From NCBI RefSeq assembly GCF_000260965.1, contig NC_017856.1:1680001-1712000 (forward strand): a stretch of DNA of 32,000 nucleotides. The letters run 5' to 3'. This stretch comes from Methylophaga frappieri. Its GTDB lineage: Bacteria > Pseudomonadota > Gammaproteobacteria > Nitrosococcales > Methylophagaceae. Under the pieces are notes generated by a model, which made no database searches, was not told where the DNA came from, and was given only the letters and a program-made list of their open reading frames with translations. This document shows positions 25,659-32,000 of the stretch, in pieces. The translations under genes were made by a program, and so were the position numbers. The stretch's first letter is position 1. Every line of letters starts with the position of its first letter.

Positions 25659-27409
25659 CGCTGGAGCTTCAGGGTATTGGTGTCTCTCGTGGCATCGCCA
25701 TCGGGCGTGCACATATTCTGTTTCATAATCAGCCAGATGTCCGAGAATATCTGATTCCTGCTTTTGCAATACAACAGGAAGTTGACCGATTATTAGATGC
25801 CCTGAGTCAAGCAAAACAGCAACTCAAATCTATTCGCAACCATATTCCTGCCAATGCGCCTTCGGACATCACGTCGTTTATCGATACGCATATTTTGATG
25901 CTCAGTGATTCCTCACTGAATAAGGTTCCTGTAGAAATGATTCGTGAGCGTCGTTGCAACGCAGAGTGGGCACTTCAATTACAGCGTGATGCCCTCATTA
26001 ATGTGTTTAACGAAATGGATGATCCTTACCTGCGTACCCGGCGTGATGATATTGATCATGTTATCAATCGTGTGCACCGGATATTGGCCGATCAGGAAGT
26101 GGCCGATCATGAGATTCCAGATGGACGACTCAAAGGCCATATCATTATCGCCGAAGATTTAACACCAGCAGATACGGTTCTTATGCAGCATCAGGGCATT
26201 GCTGCTTTTGTCACAGAACACGGTGGCGCCACCTCGCATACGACCATTTTGGCCAGAAGTCTTGGTATCCCCGCGATTATTGGTGTCGAGTCAGTACGAC
26301 GTTATGTTCAGGATAATGAACCGCTGATTGTCGATGGTGAGGCCGGCATTATGATTGCCGGGGCAGATGAAACCACGACCAATGAATTCCAGCGTCGATT
26401 GCGCGCTTTTGATGAGCATATTTCCTCGCTCAGCCGCTATAAATCTCAACCAACAAAAACCCGGGATGGCAAAGCCATTACTTTACTGGCTAACGCCGAA
26501 TTGCCAGAGGATATCAGTACCATTTCTGCTGCTGGCGCCCAAGGCATTGGCCTGTATCGTACTGAGTTTCTCTATATGAACCGGCTCTCACCGCCAGAAG
26601 AAGAAGAACAGTTGGCAGCCTATCGCGATGTTGTGGAGGGGATGAATGGTCAACCTGTCACTATTCGAACCTTCGATCTTGGTGCCGACAAAACGGTTGA
26701 TGGCGGACGGCAACTGTCACAAAACATTGTCACCAATCCTGCTTTGGGGTTACGCGCCATACGACTGTGTCTGACGCAACCGGCAATGTTTAGGACACAG
26801 CTACGCGCCATTTTGCGGGCTTCTGCCTTTGGCAAAATCAAAATCATGTTCCCGATGATTTCAACGATGAATGAATTATTTCAAGCAAGAAATCTGTTGG
26901 AACAATGTAAAGCAGAGCTGGATCGGGAAGGTCTGGAGTATGACCGACATATTGAAATTGGCGCGATGATTGAAATTCCAGCCAGTGCAGTTTGCGCGGA
27001 GATGTTTGCCCGCCATGTCGACTTTTTATCAATTGGTACCAACGATTTGATTCAGTATACGCTGGCCATTGACCGCATTGATGACCACGTTAACTATCTT
27101 TATGATCCGCTCCATCCCGCCGTATTGAAATTGATTCACATGACCTTGGAAGCTGGCAGAAAACATCAAATACCGGTTTCCATGTGCGGTGAAATGGCAG
27201 GTGATGCCCGCTATACGCGATTACTGCTCGCCATGGGTCTGGAAAACTTCAGTATGCACCCCAATGCATTGCTTGAGGTCAAGCGGATTATCAACGAAAC
27301 CGATTTAGCTCAGTTACCCGCAAACACACTGCAAATCATGGCTGTTTCTGATGCCATAGAAGCGGACATGTTGATTGAACAAATCAACGAGCCAGATCAT
27401 CAAGCCTAG
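25655..27409 (+). CDS. ptsI: Phosphoenolpyruvate-protein phosphotransferase (Enzyme I, no GAF domain)
   Basis: 584 aa with phospho-His motif GGATSHTTILARSLGIPA, and also GLYRTEFLY and SIGTNDLIQY. Its ATG overlaps the ptsH stop. Confidence 0.93.
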   Translation: MTLELQGIGVSRGIAIGRAHILFHNQPDVREYLIPAFAIQQEVDRLLDALSQAKQQLKSIRNHIPANAPSDITSFIDTHILMLSDSSLNKVPVEMIRERRCNAEWALQLQRDALINVFNEMDDPYLRTRRDDIDHVINRVHRILADQEVADHEIPDGRLKGHIIIAEDLTPADTVLMQHQGIAAFVTEHGGATSHTTILARSLGIPAIIGVESVRRYVQDNEPLIVDGEAGIMIAGADETTTNEFQRRLRAFDEHISSLSRYKSQPTKTRDGKAITLLANAELPEDISTISAAGAQGIGLYRTEFLYMNRLSPPEEEEQLAAYRDVVEGMNGQPVTIRTFDLGADKTVDGGRQLSQNIVTNPALGLRAIRLCLTQPAMFRTQLRAILRASAFGKIKIMFPMISTMNELFQARNLLEQCKAELDREGLEYDRHIEIGAMIEIPASAVCAEMFARHVDFLSIGTNDLIQYTLAIDRIDDHVNYLYDPLHPAVLKLIHMTLEAGRKHQIPVSMCGEMAGDARYTRLLLAMGLENFSMHPNALLEVKRIINETDLAQLPANTLQIMAVSDAIEADMLIEQINEPDHQA

Positions 27410-27494
27410 ATTAACGCTATCCAGCAGGTCGACCACAAGCTAAAATAGTGGGACAAATCTATCCCCTTAACCCCGCCGCCCTGTGGAGACGGAC

Positions 27495-28853
27495 ATGTCT
27501 GAACTGGAACAACACAATGCGTTAAACCAGTCGCTGAATACCCTTGCTGAAGCGCTACAAAGCGGACGTTTCATCAGGATGCGGCGATTGTTGTCCAGTT
27601 TACATCCTGCTGAAACAGCACACCTGTTGGAATCTTTGCCTCCAGCAGAACGCAAAGTCTGTTGGCCAATTATTAATCCCGAGCTTCGCGGTGAAGTACT
27701 GTCCTACATCGGTGAAGATGTTCGGACCAGCCTCATGGTCGACATGGATACGGCGGACCTGCTGAATGCGACCGAAGATCTGGATACAGACGACGTCGTC
27801 GACTTGCTGCAAGACTTGCCTGACCATGTTATGCAGGAAGTGCTGCGGGCGATGGACAGTCAACGGCGTCGCAGAATCGAAGTTATTCTCGGTTATGAAG
27901 AGGATACCGCCGGTGGCTTGATGAATACGGACGTAGTCACCGTTCGTTCTGATATTACATTGGAAGTTGTTTTACGCTACTTGCGTATGCTCGGTGAGCT
28001 GCCAGAAAACACTGATAGCCTTTATGTCGTTGACCATAATGACAAATATTTGGGAACACTACAGTTATCTCAAGTCGTCAGTCGAAGTCGTTCAATGACG
28101 GTTCGCGAAGTCATGTCGCATCAGATTGAGCCAATTCCGGCCAATATGTCAGATGAAGATGTCGCGCATCGGTTTGAAAAACATGATCTTATCTCCGCCC
28201 CAGTCGTAGATAAAGATAATCACCTATTAGGACGGATTACTATCGATGACGTCGTCGATGTTATCCGTGATGTTGCCGAGCATTCGATGCTGAGTATGGC
28301 GGGTCTTGGTGAAGATGAAGACACCTTTGCCCCAGTCAAGCGTAGCGTCCATCGTCGCTCGGTTTGGTTAGGGATTAATTTGTTGACCGCTTTTCTTGCC
28401 TCGTGGGTAATTGGGCTGTTTGATACCACCATTGAAAAAGTGGTTGCGCTCGCCGTACTCATGCCTATTGTGGCTAGTATGGGCGGCATCGCCGGTAGTC
28501 AGACGCTTACGCTGGTAATTCGCTCTATGGCGCTGGGACAGCTTAATGACAATAACAAACGCTGGCTACTGCGCAAAGAAATTGCGGTGGGCGCAGTAAA
28601 TGGCATTATTTGGGCTATCGCCATCGCATTTGTCACTTACTTATGGTTCCAGGAAGTCGGCATTGCCGTGCTTATCGGCATTGCGATTATTATTAATCTG
28701 CTGGCCGCCTCGCTGGCAGGCGTCACTATTCCATTAGCACTGAAAAAGGTGGGGATTGATCCGGCGTTATCCGGCAGTGTTTTGCTGACAACGATTACGG
28801 ATGTCATCGGTTTTATGGCTTTCCTCGGATTTGCTACGCTATTTATTGTTTAA
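27495..28853 (+). CDS. mgtE: Magnesium transporter MgtE
   Basis: N domain, two CBS domains and a five-TM C-terminal domain (PIVASMGGIAGSQT, TDVIGF). I chose the ATG at 27495, which has GGAGA 5 nt upstream. The track ORF begins at GTG 27483. Confidence 0.92.
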   Translation: MSELEQHNALNQSLNTLAEALQSGRFIRMRRLLSSLHPAETAHLLESLPPAERKVCWPIINPELRGEVLSYIGEDVRTSLMVDMDTADLLNATEDLDTDDVVDLLQDLPDHVMQEVLRAMDSQRRRRIEVILGYEEDTAGGLMNTDVVTVRSDITLEVVLRYLRMLGELPENTDSLYVVDHNDKYLGTLQLSQVVSRSRSMTVREVMSHQIEPIPANMSDEDVAHRFEKHDLISAPVVDKDNHLLGRITIDDVVDVIRDVAEHSMLSMAGLGEDEDTFAPVKRSVHRRSVWLGINLLTAFLASWVIGLFDTTIEKVVALAVLMPIVASMGGIAGSQTLTLVIRSMALGQLNDNNKRWLLRKEIAVGAVNGIIWAIAIAFVTYLWFQEVGIAVLIGIAIIINLLAASLAGVTIPLALKKVGIDPALSGSVLLTTITDVIGFMAFLGFATLFIV

Positions 28854-28874
28854 CAGATAACCGGAAAAACTTTT

Positions 28875-29966
28875 ATGTCAGGCAACAGCTTCGGAAAACT
28901 CTTCACCGTCACCACTTTCGGTGAAAGCCATGGTTTAGCGCTCGGTTGTATTGTTGATGGTTGTCCGCCAGGCCTCATGTTATCTGAAGCAGATTTACAA
29001 CGGGATTTGGACCGGCGGCGTCCTGGCAAAAGTCGCCATGAAACGCAGCGTCGAGAGCCAGATCAAGTCAAAATCCTCTCCGGTGTGTTTGAGGGAAAAA
29101 CAACTGGTACGCCGATTGGTTTACTGATTGAAAACGTCGATCAGCGTTCTAAAGATTACGGCAATATCGCACGACAATTTCGCCCCGCTCATGCCGATTA
29201 TACGTATCACCATAAATACGGCTTTCGTGATTATCGTGGTGGTGGTCGCTCATCAGCCAGAGAAACGGCGATGCGTGTTGCCGCTGGCGGGATTGCCAAA
29301 AAATTCCTGATGGATCGCTATGGCATTGAAATACAGGGCTATCTGGCACAGTTAGGCCCAATAAAAGGACACAGGCTGGACTGGGCACACCGAGATCAGA
29401 GTCTGTTTTTTAACCCCGACCCTGCTATTGAAAGCGAACTCGAAAAGTACATGGATGCGCTTCGCAAGGAAGGCAATTCAATTGGTGCCCGCATCAATGT
29501 CATTGCCCGGCATGTGCCGCCAGGCTTGGGGGAGCCCGTTTTTGATCGACTTGATGCCGATATTGCGCATGCAATGATGAGCATTAATGCCGTCAAAGGC
29601 GTGGAAATCGGCGCCGGTTTTGATGCTGTGACACAAAAAGGTACGGAACATCGTGATGAAATGACACTGGATGGATTCTTGAGCAATCATGCTGGCGGCA
29701 CCTTGGGCGGTATTTCCAGTGGTCAGGATATTCTGGTCAGCATGGCATTAAAACCCACCTCAAGTTTGCGTATTCCCGGACAAAGCATTGATATTGACGG
29801 CGAACCTGTCGAGGTCGTCACCCATGGTCGTCATGATCCTTGTGTTGGCATCCGTGCAACGCCAATTGCAGAAGCCATGCTGGCATTAGTTTTAATGGAT
29901 CACCTGCTTCGTCATCGCGCACAAAATGCCGATGTGACAACCAGCACGCCGGTTATAACCAAGTAA
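28875..29966 (+). CDS. aroC: Chorismate synthase
   Basis: 363 aa with motifs [22 protein letters not shown] and GRHDPCV. Confidence 0.95.
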   Translation: MSGNSFGKLFTVTTFGESHGLALGCIVDGCPPGLMLSEADLQRDLDRRRPGKSRHETQRREPDQVKILSGVFEGKTTGTPIGLLIENVDQRSKDYGNIARQFRPAHADYTYHHKYGFRDYRGGGRSSARETAMRVAAGGIAKKFLMDRYGIEIQGYLAQLGPIKGHRLDWAHRDQSLFFNPDPAIESELEKYMDALRKEGNSIGARINVIARHVPPGLGEPVFDRLDADIAHAMMSINAVKGVEIGAGFDAVTQKGTEHRDEMTLDGFLSNHAGGTLGGISSGQDILVSMALKPTSSLRIPGQSIDIDGEPVEVVTHGRHDPCVGIRATPIAEAMLALVLMDHLLRHRAQNADVTTSTPVITK

Positions 29967-30072
29967 ATCGGGGTCAAAACTCATCAGCAAGGTTCCTTAC
30001 TGGCGACTGTCCGGTTTCTATTTTTTTTACTTTGCAACGCTTGGTATACAGGTACCGTACCTGAGTCTTTAC

Positions 30073-31137
30073 TTGCAGTGGACTGGGTTTAACGCACGCC
30101 AGATTGGTGAATTAACCGCCATTTTGCTGGCAACCCGTATCATCGCACCCAATGTCTGGGGCTGGCTTGCCGATCATGCGGGAAACCGCATGAAAATAGT
30201 TCGTTTCGCCAGTTTTATTGGCGTGCTGGCATTGAGCGGTATCTTTTTCAACCAAAGCTATCTCTGGATGGCGCTGGTGCTGATGACATTCAGTTTTTTT
30301 TGGAATGCGACCTTACCGCAATTTGAGGTCACAACGCTGCAACACTTGGGTGATCTCAGTCATCATTACAGCAAAGTCAGAGTCTGGGGTTCGATAGGCT
30401 TTATCCTAATCGTGCTGTTACTTGGCTGGCTGACCCAGCAATTTGATCTTGGCATCATTCCCGTCGCCCTATTGATGACGACGACAGGTATCTGGCTGGT
30501 CAGTCTGACCGTACCTGAATCTGCTGCCACAGAACAAAGCCAATATCACATCACGATCGCAAACTTGCTGAAGAGACCGGCGGTGATGGCATTTTTGATG
30601 ATTTGCTTTCTGATGCTGATGAGCCATGGCCCTTATTACACGTTTTACAGTATTTATCTGGAGAGTTACGGCTATAGTCGTGGTTTGATCGGTGTGCTGT
30701 GGGCTTTGGGGGTCGTTGCTGAGGTTGGCGTGTTTCTTTTAATGCATCGCTGGCTGCCTCGATTTGGTCTGCGTAACGTATTGTTGTTAAGTTGCCTGCT
30801 CAGCGCTTTCCGTTGGTTGCTGATTGCCCTGTTCCCCGAAAACCTGACCATGCTGATAATTGCACAAAGCCTGCATGCAGCAAGTTACGGCATGTTTCAT
30901 GCGGCGGCTATCGCTTGGGTACATCATCATTTTACAGGGAGAAATCAAGGCCGGGGGCAGGCTTTATATAGTAGTGTCAGCTTTGGTGCCGGCAGTGCGG
31001 TGGGCAGTTTATTGAGTGGCTATCTGTGGCTAAGCCCAGGTCCGACTGACACTTTTTTACTGGCAGCCGTAGTGGCCCTGTTCAGTTTTTTGATTGGTCT
31101 TATTTGGCTTGAACCTAAAACCCGCGCAAGGAATTAA
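30073..31137 (+). CDS. MFS transporter of the HcaT/3-phenylpropionate-like family. The annotated TTG start probably truncates TM1.
   Basis: Polytopic hydrophobic protein with YSKVRVWGSIGF and LWALGVVAEV, resembling E. coli HcaT (YGKVRLWGSVAF, LWSLGVVAEV). The same frame stays open upstream to 29959 and encodes WRLSGFYFFYFATLGIQVPYLSLYL (family TM1), but with no ATG/GTG/TTG. Confidence 0.8.
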   Translation: MQWTGFNARQIGELTAILLATRIIAPNVWGWLADHAGNRMKIVRFASFIGVLALSGIFFNQSYLWMALVLMTFSFFWNATLPQFEVTTLQHLGDLSHHYSKVRVWGSIGFILIVLLLGWLTQQFDLGIIPVALLMTTTGIWLVSLTVPESAATEQSQYHITIANLLKRPAVMAFLMICFLMLMSHGPYYTFYSIYLESYGYSRGLIGVLWALGVVAEVGVFLLMHRWLPRFGLRNVLLLSCLLSAFRWLLIALFPENLTMLIIAQSLHAASYGMFHAAAIAWVHHHFTGRNQGRGQALYSSVSFGAGSAVGSLLSGYLWLSPGPTDTFLLAAVVALFSFLIGLIWLEPKTRARN

Positions 31138-31272
31138 CCTATTACCCATTTATTCTAGATTGCGCTTAACTTCCCAATATTCACATAAAACCGTTATAAT
31201 TATGAGGTTAAATTTAACTAATAATAACTACTGATGACCGTCTGGTCCCTGTCGTCATAAATCAGGTGAGAT

Positions 31273-32000
31273 ATGCATTTCTCAATTAAGAAAGGGCTAA
31301 CCTTGCCCATTGCCGGTAGCCCGGAACAATCCATTAGTGATGCAAACCCGGTTACCTCTGTCGCCGTTTTGGGCAATGAATACGTTGGTATGCGCCCCAC
31401 CATGCTGGTTGAAGAAGGTGAACAGGTAAAACTCGGGCAGCCATTATTTGAAGATAAAAAAATTCCAGGCGTGTTATTTACCGCGCCGGGTGCTGGTGTC
31501 GTCAAAGCCATTAATCGAGGCGCCAAACGCGCTTTGCAGTCAGTCATTATTGAGCTGGATAATAACGCTGAAGATGCCATCCAGTTTGACGCGCATCCCG
31601 CTGAGAAACTGGCTGTACTGGATCGAGCGGTTGTTGAACAACAGCTTCTGCAATCTGGCCTTTGGGTGGCATTTCGGACCAGGCCTTACAGCAAAAGCCC
31701 GGCCCCGGGCAGTACACCTAAAGCCATTTTTGTCACGGCAATGGATACAAACCCATTAGCGGCGGATCCGGCGGTCGTTATTAAAGAACATGCGACTGAT
31801 TTCCAGTATGGGCTTACCATTCTAAGCCGGTTGACGGATGGCCCGATCAATCTCTGCCAAACACCGCAGTCAGCATTACCGACCCCTGAGCTGACACAGT
31901 TAAAAACCTATACCTTTTCCGGACCACATCCCAGCGGGCTGGTCGGTACCCATATCCATTTCATTGACCCTGTCAGTGCCACTAAATCGGTATGGCATAT
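31273..32000 (+). CDS. nqrA: Na+-translocating NADH:quinone oxidoreductase subunit A, N-terminal 242 codons; continues beyond the window end
   Basis: Absent from the ORF track because there is no stop in the window. My translation is [21 protein letters not shown]...[66 protein letters not shown]...FRTRPYSK...[18 protein letters not shown], which matches the NqrA N-terminus. SD AGGTGA. Confidence 0.88.
   Translation, partial: MHFSIKKGLTLPIAGSPEQSISDANPVTSVAVLGNEYVGMRPTMLVEEGEQVKLGQPLFEDKKIPGVLFTAPGAGVVKAINRGAKRALQSVIIELDNNAEDAIQFDAHPAEKLAVLDRAVVEQQLLQSGLWVAFRTRPYSKSPAPGSTPKAIFVTAMDTNPLAADPAVVIKEHATDFQYGLTILSRLTDGPINLCQTPQSALPTPELTQLKTYTFSGPHPSGLVGTHIHFIDPVSATKSVWH

Noticed and set aside
27410-27494. 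Mg2+ (M-box) riboswitch ahead of mgtE
   Set aside because: The intergenic region is only about 85 nt, far shorter than an M-box aptamer, and it has no extended helices.
30019-30028. T8 homopolymer as the cause of a frameshift at the MFS gene 5' end
   Set aside because: The family-typical TM1 sequence is encoded in the same frame on both sides of the run, so no frameshift is needed. The anomaly is only the missing start codon.
31218-31759. Track ORFs 31218..31580 (-) and 31448..31759 (+)
   Set aside because: Both lie within or opposite the open frame starting at 31273, which translates to a clear NqrA N-terminus. That frame is missing from the track only because it has no stop before the window end.
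1-32000. CRISPR arrays, IS elements, prophage genes or toxin-antitoxin pairs
   Set aside because: None were seen on reading both strands. The only tandem repeat is the in-frame coding repeat at 7673..7858, and the only long duplication is the diverged hps pair.

Overview
The window reads as core chromosome of a gammaproteobacterial RuMP-cycle methylotroph or methanotroph (Methylococcales-like). That placement is an inference from gene content: two hps copies, phi, tal and Na+-NQR. No IS element, integrase, CRISPR array or phage gene is visible.

Gene order, left to right:
- A heavy-metal-type RND permease (truncated by the window edge) with its adaptor.
- tRNA-Phe with a near-consensus promoter and terminator.
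- A porin.
- Convergent dhaL and dhaK, plus a HAD phosphatase.
- A RuMP super-cluster: hps1, a small repeat ORF, tal, hps2, phi.
- leuC translationally coupled to prmB, with no leuD.
- A double-receiver diguanylate cyclase, then mutH, yadGH-like ABC-2 exporter genes, dusA and a DUF45/M48 peptidase.
- A methyl-cycle operon, metK-ahcY-metF, preceded by what looks like an SAH riboswitch.
- rpoN-hpf-ptsN, a short hprK, an EIIA-Man gene, ptsH and ptsI.
- mgtE, aroC, an MFS transporter, and the start of nqrA.

Most noteworthy:
1. A 101-aa protein with four LTGVERYIR repeats, which I do not recognise, sits as its own transcription unit between the two hps genes.
2. An SAH-riboswitch-like pseudoknot lies ahead of metK rather than ahcY.
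3. A sigma54-type -24/-12 element lies directly upstream of rpoN.
4. The PTS is regulatory only, with a kinase-domain-only HprK.
5. The dihydroxyacetone kinase subunit genes are split and convergent.

All calls come from reading the translations and the DNA by eye. No database search was run.
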